The notes under the pieces were generated by a model. It worked only from the letters and a program-made list of their open reading frames with translations. It did no database searches and had not been told where the DNA came from. Shown here in pieces: positions 47,301-55,185 of a stretch of DNA of 55,185 nt. The number at the start of each line of letters is the position of its first letter. Within the stretch, counting starts at the first letter, position 1. A program made the position numbers and the translations under genes. The stretch comes from a virus (taxonomy: Duplodnaviria > Caudoviricetes): positions 1-55,185 of IMG/VR virus record IMGVR_UViG_3300031673_004168, one strand, 5' to 3'.

Positions 47301-47915
47301 GCAGTTCAAATAGACTACACACAGATTTCAGGTTCGACAATTTCAGACGGTATAATTTCAGGTAGGAAACTTATAACAGGTGAAGTTATAACACTATCAG
47401 CACAGATACGCAACGCTATTATAGATGACGCACATATAAATTCCGTAAACGCCACTAAGATAGTTGCAGATTATCTATCAGCAATAAGTGCTAATTTGGG
47501 AACAATAAACGCAGGTACGATTCAAGGTGGAAACATCTATCTTGATACTCAAGGAGCGTTAAGAAGCAACACTACTGGAAACTATCCTTATCTTGAGTTT
47601 AGCAATGACGGTTTAATGCTAAAAGATTCTGATACTGGTGGTACGTATGGTACAGCGGAATATAGCACAGACAAATATGGTTATGGAGCTTTAGCGTGGC
47701 TCATGAACTCAACTATAGGGGTGCCGTGGGTAGAACTAAAAGAGCCGAGTATTTCAGGAACGACAGTAGCGAGTTTAAGACTTTACAACAGAGGTTCGGA
47801 CCCAGACGGTAAAGCTGAAGTTGGGGATTTGGCTGTTGTGAGCGGTAAGCTAAAAATTTGTATCGGAGCTGGGACTCCGGGGACGTTTCAAATTGTTGGC
47901 GACCAGACAGCTTAA
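44373..47915 (+). CDS. Central tail fibre / host-specificity protein (gpJ-like, with FN3 repeats)
   Basis: PVPVLYG, SEGEI, SNNPAAC..DFLTNTRYGAG, EVGDVV and FN3-like repeats. Confidence 0.9.
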   Translation: MSKSPGFRIKEYQTLKELAEEKLSSPNADKNLVEIKDAIDKKEIGDSVGQMIGAVVGGIIGVALAPVTFGASAFWSFATLTAVIAGASLGSSVGGIIDPPRPPSLSQDFSSGSPTYAFDASYNTTSNQYPVPVLYGKVKVAGNNIWLSDPGTTTLHKFVGISEGEINSVSEVKLNDIDIDDITGCSYDLYTGTSSQTVDSRADGAVDGLRYTAYMAVTMETGDKLRGGNPVLTGVYEGIKVKTWNGSAWSDGTSYSNNPAACIRDFLTNTRYGAGIPEASLDDTTFGEIYDYCDVLVDKADGTGQEKRYTLNLCIDSRQSVPDMLQIMLSCFGGYLILSGTTVKLGIEKSESTTQSFTEDTIVAGSLSHSKLGKDEVANRIKIQYVDPDYNWIKIYALAEDKINQDERYDLGLGEKVIEKEMSLLGITSFSQASRLANMYLYLDKLCDSYITFKTSLRGVVCEVGDVVSITHSMPGWTAKLFKVLQMRFAENDTIEVTAREYNASIYSDKPGQEIVVPDYGTVTNELTPPDAPDTVTATESGYLNADGTWIPTISAEWTDNQNKSYISHYEVQWKRGGGDYFTYSTTADLAMELSPAQVDVVYVIRVRAVTIDGLKSDFTSSNSLTINGRSDEPNDVDAYSYTFKKSLIIRWDGVTDNDLSGYEIRDIDESWGDSTGLVWRGNTESWNDPNPSSTSDTYYIKAFNNSGYYSANALSMPFINEAPLNVTGFTGTFDNNISLSWDNMDTNSDLDRYEVRTSDANWGVSGTSNLTFNGYALTAENIDPSGARSRTFYIKAFDVHGQESVSASDTTVENDVPETPTLTGTVFADMARLSWNDLYDIDLKYYEVWEDQENTWDGSESKIASINTTHYELTSNRDFVEGITKGTPSSTVIALSGTNVSTVNDYYNSDRIFIKTSGTVFEERTISDYDGTASEITVSPALTYIPPAGVSYHIDNTAYYKVVGVDNFGSGTLSNAVQIDYTQISGSTISDGIISGRKLITGEVITLSAQIRNAIIDDAHINSVNATKIVADYLSAISANLGTINAGTIQGGNIYLDTQGALRSNTTGNYPYLEFSNDGLMLKDSDTGGTYGTAEYSTDKYGYGALAWLMNSTIGVPWVELKEPSISGTTVASLRLYNRGSDPDGKAEVGDLAVVSGKLKICIGAGTPGTFQIVGDQTA

Positions 47916-47924
47916 AGGAGATAT

Positions 47925-48131
47925 ATGAACGAACTAACAATAAAAATGGGCGATATACAGCATAGAGTTCTTTGTAAACACGCCACAGCAAATAATACTA
48001 CACCTGAACAGTATGCCACAAACATAATTGTAGGTTGGCTAAACTCAAAAATCAAAGGTGTATTTATAGATAAAATGAAAGCTAAAGATTATGACGAACT
48101 TGAAACTATGTTAGGGAAGGTGGACGAATGA
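47925..48131 (+). CDS. Hypothetical protein
   Basis: AAGGAG RBS. Confidence 0.6.
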   Translation: MNELTIKMGDIQHRVLCKHATANNTTPEQYATNIIVGWLNSKIKGVFIDKMKAKDYDELETMLGKVDE

Positions 48132-48433
48132 AAGACGTAAAAATAGGAGAGAAAAGAACTTTTGAACTGTATCCAGGCGATTGGATAGTTGAAGAAATTA
48201 TCAAAGACAAAAACATTAAACATAATCTAATCTTGAGAAAAAACGGTCAGGAACTGCATAGCTGTCCGCATTGTGGCGGTGTTCTTGGTGAAAGAAAAGA
48301 TTATGTATTTAATCATATAGAAAAATTGAGGCAAGGAGATAAGGTATTGCACTTGGCGATTTCTGATTGTAACCGTACAGTATTGCTTGAAGAAGTTCTG
48401 CCTCAAGGAGGCGTGAATGGCATTTCCAACTAA
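48128..48433 (+). CDS. Hypothetical protein (CPHC motif)
   Basis: ATGA overlap. Confidence 0.55.
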   Translation: MKDVKIGEKRTFELYPGDWIVEEIIKDKNIKHNLILRKNGQELHSCPHCGGVLGERKDYVFNHIEKLRQGDKVLHLAISDCNRTVLLEEVLPQGGVNGISN

Positions 48434-49085
48434 TTTAGACAGTTTTTCTGTCAAGACAAGCGGACAGACAATTTCAGAAAGTCACGTAAACGACGTTCAA
48501 ACCGCAATAGTAGCAACCGAAACAAAGATAGGCTACGGAGCAGACACCCCAGTAAGCGGAGATTTCTTCAAAGGCACAGGCACAGGAACTTCGGGTTGGA
48601 GTGCGTTTAGTTCTTCTGATTTGCCTGCTGGCTCTGTTGTTCAAGTAGTTAATACTCAAACCGGTGCAGAATCTCATATAGATACAACGCAAATGCCATA
48701 TGATGATACAATACCACAAAATGACGAGGGTAATGAATTTTTGACATTAGCAATAACACCAACGTCTGCTACAAATAAACTTATAATTGAATGTTATTTT
48801 ACAGGCTCTATTGCAGGCGTTGATAATGTAGTTGCCGCTTTGTTCCAAGATTCTACTGCAAATGCTTTGGCGGCAACGGCTGTATATCCTACGGCAACAG
48901 ATAATGCGTCTTTGGATATTTATTTGCCTCATTATATGGAAGCTGGTACAACAAGTGAAACTACATTTAAGTTAAGAGTTGGGAGTGCAAGTGCATATCT
49001 TATAACAATGAATGGGGCTTCTTCATCAAGAAAATTTGGTGGAGTTTGTGTGTCTGGAATTACTATTAAAGAAATCAAAGTATAA
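48417..49085 (+). CDS. Short tail-fibre-like protein
   Basis: FPTNLD...HVNDVQTAI N-terminus; PAGSVVQVV...ITPTSATNKLII...ITIKEI beta-rich C-terminus. Confidence 0.7.
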   Translation: MAFPTNLDSFSVKTSGQTISESHVNDVQTAIVATETKIGYGADTPVSGDFFKGTGTGTSGWSAFSSSDLPAGSVVQVVNTQTGAESHIDTTQMPYDDTIPQNDEGNEFLTLAITPTSATNKLIIECYFTGSIAGVDNVVAALFQDSTANALAATAVYPTATDNASLDIYLPHYMEAGTTSETTFKLRVGSASAYLITMNGASSSRKFGGVCVSGITIKEIKV

Positions 49086-49095
49086 GGAGAAATCT

Positions 49096-49491
49096 ATGGA
49101 TTTTATCAAAGAGTTTATAACTCAACACGCTCTAACAGTTGTCGTGTCTATCGTAGGAATTTTTGCGGCACGATACGTTTCTAAACTTATTGGAATAATA
49201 GAAGAAAAGTTTAGCATAGACATTGACGACAGAGTAGAACGGTTTATCGAAGATTTGGTTAAGAAATCTATTCGTATAGTTTACCAAACTTTTGTAAAAG
49301 AAAAGAAAAAAGCTGGAACTTGGAACGCAGTATCAAAAAAAGAGGCACTCATGGAAGCGTTTCATTTAGTCCAGAACGAAGTGCGTAGAAAAAAACTTGA
49401 ATATCATGTGCAAGACAGAAACTTAATCAACGACATCGAAGGTGCTATTTTAGAAGAAAAGAACGCAAATAAAAAACCTAAAACAATATAA
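49096..49491 (+). CDS. Holin-like membrane protein (LL-H type)
   Basis: One N-terminal TM helix, KKEAL...IEGAI pattern; AAGGAG RBS gives a start at 49096. Confidence 0.6.
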   Translation: MDFIKEFITQHALTVVVSIVGIFAARYVSKLIGIIEEKFSIDIDDRVERFIEDLVKKSIRIVYQTFVKEKKKAGTWNAVSKKEALMEAFHLVQNEVRRKKLEYHVQDRNLINDIEGAILEEKNANKKPKTI

Positions 49492-49524
49492 CCATATGAT
49501 GAACCATATCAGGAGGGGTGGTAT

Positions 49525-49911
49525 GTGAATGAAGAAATCAAGCCTACTTTTGGGACACATCTTATCTTAGATTTAAGATGTTGTGATGAAAATAAACTTA
49601 AAGATTATAAATTGATATTTGATATTTTATATGAACTGCCTGAAAAAATAGGTATGACAAAGATTACACAACCCTATGTTTTCCCATACTCTGGGCTTGT
49701 TCCTGAAGATAAAGGAATAACTGGAATTGTAATTATCGCAGAAAGCCATATCTCTATACATACTTTTCAGGAGAAAGATTATTGTTTTGTAGATGTTTTT
49801 TCTTGTAAACCTTTTGATTATAGATATGCTTCAAACTTTATAGTAAACGTATTTAACTCAAAAGATTATGATGAAAAAGTAATAGAGCGAGGTATAAACT
49901 TTAGAAGATGA
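49525..49911 (+). CDS. speD: S-adenosylmethionine decarboxylase proenzyme
   Basis: FGTHLILDL, GITGIVIIAESHISIHTF (ESH self-cleavage site) and DVFSCKPFD. Confidence 0.93.
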   Translation: MNEEIKPTFGTHLILDLRCCDENKLKDYKLIFDILYELPEKIGMTKITQPYVFPYSGLVPEDKGITGIVIIAESHISIHTFQEKDYCFVDVFSCKPFDYRYASNFIVNVFNSKDYDEKVIERGINFRR

Positions 49912-50095
49912 ACATAATATCGTTGATTATTATACTTATAGAAGCAGGATTTAAGATAACTTTGTTTAGTACTGGACTTTCGTTTAATCCAGAATATCAA
50001 ATAAGAATGCCTGTATCTCAAGATTTATCACCTAAAGTAGAATACAACTTTGAGTATAGCTCAGAAGAATTTAAACCAACATTTAAGGAGAAAAA

Positions 50096-50380
50096 ATGAA
50101 TATAATGAAATCGTGGGAAAGTTTAAGCCAGAAACTTTGGAATAGCTTTGGAAGTAAACTAAACCCCACAGCGAAGAAAATAAGAGCGTGGAAATTACCT
50201 CCAAGAATAAGCGAACAGCTTGAAGATATTGCAAACAAGCTACCGCCAATTATAACCAATTTACTGTTAAACTTTGTAACGAAGATTTACAAAGACGCAG
50301 AAAAGATAGGCAACAATAAATTGGTAAACGCTAACTTAACAAAGGTAAGAGATTTTATTGACAAGATAATTTCTAAATAG
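50096..50380 (+). CDS. Hypothetical protein
   Basis: AAGGAG RBS; last + strand gene. Confidence 0.6.
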   Translation: MNIMKSWESLSQKLWNSFGSKLNPTAKKIRAWKLPPRISEQLEDIANKLPPIITNLLLNFVTKIYKDAEKIGNNKLVNANLTKVRDFIDKIISK

Positions 50381-50391
50381 CATTAAATCGG

Positions 50392-50437
50392 AAAAGCCCC
50401 TCTACTTTGAACGGAAAAGAAGTAAAGGGGCTTTTTT
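50392..50437. terminator. Bidirectional rho-independent terminator
   Basis: AAAAGCCCCT..TACTT/AAGTA..AGGGGCTTTTTT at the convergence of the + and - gene blocks. Confidence 0.82.
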
Positions 50438-50872
50438 GTTGTGCGTCAAGATAGCAGTTATGTTGTGTTGCGTGTTGGCTTTTCAAAAATACGCCTTACA
50501 AAATAACAAATAACACCTACTACAATTAAAAAAATGTTGAACATGAAATATCCAAAACACCATTGAAAAAATATCCTAAGGCTTTCTTTGATGAACTCAA
50601 TCATTTTTTAAGTCTCTTTTTTTCGACCGTTCTATTATATGGTTGTCATGCAAAAGTCTTACAATAATAGTTCCATGATTTTCTTCAATTAACTCCGCTT
50701 TTACAAATCCTTTTTTATTCAATCTAACTTCTATAACGTCTCCCTTTTTCATGTTTGCCTTTCAGTAGTTACGACTGACGGTTAACGGGTATCCCCATTC
50801 TCTTTGAAGGCATGAAGCCGACTTTATTGACTTTCACAATCATCAACCTTAACTATTAGTACCATAATATGT

Positions 50873-51166
50873 TTACCAACCTTCTTCTTCAAACCCGCTT
50901 TGTTGTTCAGCTTTGCCTGCGTCCTTGTTATATTCAGCAAGTACGATTTGTTCCAATTCTTCTCGTATCTCTTTTGTTTTCGGATATACTGTATCGTAAT
51001 ATTTGTCGTCTTTACCTTTTGAAGATGGCATGCCTACAAACAATCCGTTATTTCCGTTTATTATTTTTAACCCTTTCACAACAATAGCGTCTGCAATACA
51101 AATATCACAAAACGCTACGCATTTACCTAAATTAACTTTTTTTATTCGTTCTACTTTAAAGTTCAT
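50873..51166 (-). CDS. spoVG: SpoVG-family nucleic-acid-binding protein
   Basis: VKGLKII.G..GLFVGMPS.K...Y.D..YP motif. Confidence 0.9.
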   Translation of the reverse strand: MNFKVERIKKVNLGKCVAFCDICIADAIVVKGLKIINGNNGLFVGMPSSKGKDDKYYDTVYPKTKEIREELEQIVLAEYNKDAGKAEQQSGFEEEGW

Positions 51167-51566
51167 TGTTCTCCTTTAAAAAATTATAATGTGAATTCAT
51201 AAACTCAAGTTTAATGTCTAAAGTTTCTAAAGTCGATTCGCATACGTCACGAAAATATCTTATCGGGGCTACAGTAGCCTCCACAAGAGCCTTTCTTTCC
51301 AAATCAGTAGTTGTCTTTGTTCTTTCAGGCATGTATTCGTGAGTAGCTATATCCAAATACTTATTGAAATCTGCAAGTGCTGTACCTACGTTTAGTTTAG
51401 CTACTAAAAGTTTGTTGCCATATTCCTTAAACAAAGTTTCTTCGTTTGGTATCGCAATTGAAAGATGTTCTCTGATAGACATTAGTTTAGGACTAAACTT
51501 CGTAGAATAGTCTGCGAACTCTTGCATTACATTCATGTTATTCTTCCCTCCCGATAGTGGTGTCAA
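51156..51566 (-). CDS. Hypothetical helical protein
   Basis: ORF; probable start at an internal ATG after GGGAGG. Confidence 0.6.
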   Translation of the reverse strand: MTPLSGGKNNMNVMQEFADYSTKFSPKLMSIREHLSIAIPNEETLFKEYGNKLLVAKLNVGTALADFNKYLDIATHEYMPERTKTTTDLERKALVEATVAPIRYFRDVCESTLETLDIKLEFMNSHYNFLKENNEL

Positions 51567-51726
51567 TCTCGATTACTTCTCTTTTTCTTTGACCATTGAA
51601 TATACTATATTCGACTTGTTTTTGTGTTGCGGTATTAGAATAACCACATATATCGCATTTGATAATGCCTTTTGTTATGTGCATTCTATTATTACATTTT
51701 GGGCATGATAGCAGATTGTCTGGCAT
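51538..51726 (-). CDS. Small zinc-ribbon protein
   Basis: CPKC...CDICG; AAGGAAG RBS. Confidence 0.6.
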   Translation of the reverse strand: MPDNLLSCPKCNNRMHITKGIIKCDICGYSNTATQKQVEYSIFNGQRKREVIEIDTTIGREE

Positions 51727-51749
51727 TTAAACTTCCTTGGTTAATATTA

Positions 51750-51777
51750 AGTATAATGATATTTTTTAGGTTGGCAA
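51750..51777 (-). promoter_or_regulatory. sigma70-type promoter
   Basis: On the - strand TTGCCA-N16-TATACT upstream of ORF 51726. Confidence 0.55.
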
Positions 51778-51782
51778 GTTTT

Positions 51783-52253
51783 TTATATAACTTTTTTTTC
51801 CAACTCCTCAACTTTTTTTGAAAACTTTTCAAGTAACAATTCTAAATCTGCAATGCTAAATTTTACCGAAAATTTACTTAACCGTCTTAACTCATCTACT
51901 CGTTTTTCTCCGTAGGTTTTGTACATGAAAGAAGCGTACTCTGATTTGTTTCCGTGAAGCATACAGTTACATGAAAAACATTGACAGTGCACCAAATCTT
52001 CTTCAAACAAAACTGCATTACTTCTACCGTCTATATAATGTCCAGCTTGCATTTCTCTCCAATGTTTTATTACACCACAGGTTATACATTTAACATATCC
52101 ATTTTCATTAGCATATTTCATTCTAATATACTTAGAAAACATATCCCAAGTTTTCTTTTTAAGTTTAGCCTTTGGAGATTTTTTTCGTTTTTTCAACGGT
52201 GTGCGTTTCATTTTTTGCCTTTCTTTATTTTGTATCCACCACAAGCCAAGCAC
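51783..52253 (-). CDS. NinG/Rap-like recombination endonuclease
   Basis: FSKYIR...CITCG...QAGHY...CQCFSCN motifs; true start probably the internal MKRTPL. Confidence 0.88.
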   Translation of the reverse strand: MLGLWWIQNKERQKMKRTPLKKRKKSPKAKLKKKTWDMFSKYIRMKYANENGYVKCITCGVIKHWREMQAGHYIDGRSNAVLFEEDLVHCQCFSCNCMLHGNKSEYASFMYKTYGEKRVDELRRLSKFSVKFSIADLELLLEKFSKKVEELEKKVI

Positions 52254-52442
52254 ATCAAGCGTTGTCTTAGCTTTCTGTTTTTGTCATAATATCCTTGTTG
52301 ATTTGTTTTTGAATGACTATTCTTCTTTTTTGCGACATTGAACGTATTGGTATTTCTAATGGATAATGCTCACATTCAGTAACATAGTTACCGTTCGCAC
52401 CTTCTCTTATTTCTACACCGCAATGTTCGCATATGAAATTGC

Positions 52443-52736
52443 TCATTTACGTTTTACCTCTATTGCTTTCATGATTGCTTCGGCAATAGTCTTTATTTTT
52501 TTATCAAATTCTATTGCAGATAAACTTCTCTCAGTCCATGGTAAAAGGGCTAATCTTGTAAGCTCGCTTTTTGATATAATTTCAGAAATCTCATCTACGC
52601 TAAGCACCGGACGTATCCAACCAGATGAACCACCACAATTCTGTTTTTCACAATCACATTCTGGCAGAATATTAGTATCACTTGGATATAAATACCTACC
52701 ACATTTAGGACATTGTGCTACATCACCTGTACTCAT
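52443..52736 (-). CDS. Hypothetical protein (zinc-ribbon N-terminus)
   Basis: CPKC...CDC; shares PVLSVDEI and AEAIxKA with the upstream ORF. Confidence 0.6.
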   Translation of the reverse strand: MSTGDVAQCPKCGRYLYPSDTNILPECDCEKQNCGGSSGWIRPVLSVDEISEIISKSELTRLALLPWTERSLSAIEFDKKIKTIAEAIMKAIEVKRK

Positions 52737-52945
52737 TTCTTTCCCCTTTTCTTAACCATAGCCTTGTGGATTGCTTCGGCTTGCATTTTTCTTTCCCACC
52801 CAAACATTACTTCTCCAATTTCATTACCTTTAATTTTCATAACTTCATCAATTTCATCAACGCTAAGCACCGGAACTTCAAGCTCTCCAACATCATGAGC
52901 CGAATAACAGCCTTTCATGTCTACCAAGTCTTTAACTTTCATCAA
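52733..52945 (-). CDS. Hypothetical protein
   Basis: GGAGG RBS; C-terminal half paralogous to 52443-52736. Confidence 0.6.
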   Translation of the reverse strand: MMKVKDLVDMKGCYSAHDVGELEVPVLSVDEIDEVMKIKGNEIGEVMFGWERKMQAEAIHKAMVKKRGKK

Positions 52946-52957
52946 GCACCTCCGGCG

Positions 52958-53188
52958 TTACAGTTTTCTTGTTGTTGCTTTCATTGTAAGCGGGATAGGA
53001 GCCTCTACCATAAATTTCCCGTTACAATGGTCGCAAGTCCATTCTCCTAAAAATAGGGACACCACATAAGTAGCAAGTTCTTTGTCAAGATTTATAGTTT
53101 CCATCATACAATTAAAACTTTTCGTTTGGTCTTCCACAATTTTTTTACAATGCGGACAAGTTACAGTTACGTAATCAAACATTCCCAT
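52958..53188 (-). CDS. Small zinc-ribbon protein
   Basis: MGMFD...CPHC...QTKSF...CDHC; GGAGG RBS. Confidence 0.7.
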   Translation of the reverse strand: MGMFDYVTVTCPHCKKIVEDQTKSFNCMMETINLDKELATYVVSLFLGEWTCDHCNGKFMVEAPIPLTMKATTRKL

Positions 53189-53316
53189 TATTGTTCCCCT
53201 CCGGCGTTATTAGTTTCTGTTCGGTTAAATTCTTCCTAACCACCATCCAAAACAAAATGCTATAATATGTAATAGAGCTATTGCGCCTATAACCAGTCCA
53301 ATTTGGTATTTCTCTC

Positions 53317-53451
53317 TCATCTCAACCTCTTTCCGCAACGTGGGCAGATGTAATAATGCTTCACATCGCCGTGTACTGCGTTTATTACCTTGGTCTGAAC
53401 TTTTATTTTTGTCTTATGCCCCCACAGAAAACATATCAGCCGTTTAATCAT
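53317..53451 (-). CDS. Small zinc-binding protein (DUF1660-like)
   Basis: Read by hand: MIKRLICFLWGHK...CPRCGKRLR, 44 aa (below the ORF-track cut-off). Confidence 0.55.
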   Translation of the reverse strand: MIKRLICFLWGHKTKIKVQTKVINAVHGDVKHYYICPRCGKRLR

Positions 53452-54097
53452 CGCTCACCGCCTTCAAATTTATAAATTCATTTCCTATCGAGTTGTCGGG
53501 GAAAAAGTATTTATTATAATCTCCTTCTTCCAAAAAATAAACTTCGTTGGAATAATGCCTTTTTAATTTTTCAAACATTCCTTTATCATCATAAAAAGAT
53601 AATTGTTTGATAGTAAATTGCACATAACTCTTTTCACTAAATTTAATAAAGTTTTCAATTTCATTTACGTCAGTATATTCTGTCGCAACATGAACTATTC
53701 TAAGTTTACAAAATTCACGAATATAATCAAAATAATATATATCATCAGATAAATTGTCAGATGTAATTACAAGTTTGTTTATTCTCCTCCAAAATATATC
53801 TTCATATAATTTTTGCCTTGAATGGACATCGACTACCATATTATATTTGTGTGCTAATTCAAAAATTCTTGTCCACCAATGTACATTAGTTCTATATTCA
53901 AATAAACAATCTCCGCCTCCGGATATACTAAACTTTTTTTTATCTCTATTATCTGAAATAAATTGTTCGAGTTTTTTCCAATCCATTGGCAGATTTACAT
54001 TTTTTAAAGGATGATGTTGCCATATACAAAACCAACATTTTTGCTGACAACCCCAATTTGTTATTATTGATATATTTGGGCTAACTGACCGCAACAT
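53444..54097 (-). CDS. Radical SAM protein
   Basis: CQQKCWFC (CxxxCxxC) and SISGGGD motifs. Confidence 0.85.
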   Translation of the reverse strand: MLRSVSPNISIITNWGCQQKCWFCIWQHHPLKNVNLPMDWKKLEQFISDNRDKKKFSISGGGDCLFEYRTNVHWWTRIFELAHKYNMVVDVHSRQKLYEDIFWRRINKLVITSDNLSDDIYYFDYIREFCKLRIVHVATEYTDVNEIENFIKFSEKSYVQFTIKQLSFYDDKGMFEKLKRHYSNEVYFLEEGDYNKYFFPDNSIGNEFINLKAVSDD

Positions 54098-55044
54098 AAT
54101 CCCGCCTCCTCACATTTTGCTATTGCATCTATTACGACAGGAATATTATTTTTTTCAAATTCAAGTTTTAATTCTTCAAGTTTTTCATAATTTGAGTAAT
54201 TAGCATATGTTTTAAGGTTGAAATTATCTGCTTGATTAGTTTTGTTCAGCGGTATCAATTTAACCGAAAACTTTTCTTTACTTATTCCCATTTTTTTAAG
54301 TTTTTGTATGTCAATTTCAACACCATCCATAACTATAAAATTTAAAGTAACCGTTCTGTTGGTTATTCTATAATTATTGATATGTTTTACTATTTTATCA
54401 AGAGGCATAACGTCGGCACCGCCTAATAACTCTTTTCGTTTTTCTTCATCAGTCGAATTTATACTTAACTGAAAATGAAGAAATCCGTTAAAATGAATTT
54501 CTTTCATATCAATTACATCACCTATAACTTTGTCGGCAGAATATCCTTGTATCGTTTTGTTTGGTAATATCGTGTTAAAACATGGCAACCAATCATAATC
54601 AACACCACAATTTTTGCTCAATTCAGGCAAAGAATGTACAGCTCTTAGGACATTATCAAGATTATGAGCTGGTTCTCCCATTCTTGCAAATCCTATTTTA
54701 ACTTTATTACTTTGTTCAACATACGGAGTACAATATATAATCATCTCGATTTGTTTAAGTATTTGTTCTGTAGTTAAATTTCCTTTAAATTCTAATGGTG
54801 CAACATCGCAAAAGTTGCAATTATGAGGACATCCCTTTTGAGTAGATACTGTAAGCAACCATTTATCTTTAAAGTCTACCAAATGTTTCCATACAAGTTT
54901 TGGATTATTTGTTTCTCTAACTTCATAATGATTTTTTCCAGATACTGAAACATCTCTCATTTCAGTAAATTCGATTATATAGTTATCTAACTCTGCAATA
55001 AATATTCTGCCACTTGGTAAATATAATACATTTTTAATCTTCAT
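54064..55044 (-). CDS. RlmN/Cfr-like radical SAM protein
   Basis: STQKGCPHNCNFC, GNLTTEQI, RMGEP, LSINS and C-terminal CGQL. Confidence 0.85.
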   Translation of the reverse strand: MKIKNVLYLPSGRIFIAELDNYIIEFTEMRDVSVSGKNHYEVRETNNPKLVWKHLVDFKDKWLLTVSTQKGCPHNCNFCDVAPLEFKGNLTTEQILKQIEMIIYCTPYVEQSNKVKIGFARMGEPAHNLDNVLRAVHSLPELSKNCGVDYDWLPCFNTILPNKTIQGYSADKVIGDVIDMKEIHFNGFLHFQLSINSTDEEKRKELLGGADVMPLDKIVKHINNYRITNRTVTLNFIVMDGVEIDIQKLKKMGISKEKFSVKLIPLNKTNQADNFNLKTYANYSNYEKLEELKLEFEKNNIPVVIDAIAKCEEAGLCCGQLAQIYQ

Positions 55045-55185
55045 CGCTCACATCCTTTATCTCCCGTATCAATTCTGGAAAAATTCCATTAGGGGTATGT
55101 TTTATTAAAGCCGCATAAGTTATACACGCCCCCTGAGTCGTCTTTATTGTTATGCGATTGCCCGAAGCCCAAACTTCTATTGATG

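Noticed and set aside
402-50249. Numerous - strand ORFs overlapping the + strand genes
   Set aside because: Antisense shadows of real genes with no RBS or motifs; ORF 402-827 shows LSD repeats only because the DNA repeat is palindromic.

Overview
This window is most of the genome of an AT-rich tailed dsDNA phage of siphovirus type. It has a Mu-like head module (terminase, DUF935-type portal, gpI-like protease/scaffold, gp36-like adaptor) and a lambda-like tail tip. About 0.5-50.4 kb is on the + strand: an accessory region (two DNA methyltransferases, a phosphoesterase, a GGQ release-factor-like protein, a GDP-sugar dehydratase, a split ECF-type sigma factor and several structured non-coding elements), then packaging/head genes, a 1418-aa modular fibre, an ~11-kb glycan cluster, an HNH endonuclease, neck/tail genes, a holin-like gene and speD. 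After a bidirectional terminator at ~50.4 kb come - strand genes: SpoVG, NinG, small ORFs and two radical-SAM enzymes. No replication, integrase or endolysin gene is recognisable, so the genome is probably incomplete. The best candidate for an undescribed system is a phage-encoded GDP-heptose pathway (GmhA, HddA, HddC, plus a remote 4,6-dehydratase) with about five glycosyltransferase domains and six small SAM methyltransferases inside the morphogenesis operon, suggesting virion glycosylation with methylated heptose. Other notable items are DNA-conserved cassette junctions in the fibre gene, four to five structured ncRNA candidates, a reversed split sigma factor, a stand-alone glycyl-radical peptide and an RlmN-like enzyme lacking the resolving cysteine. 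All calls come from motif reading by eye; no searches were run.
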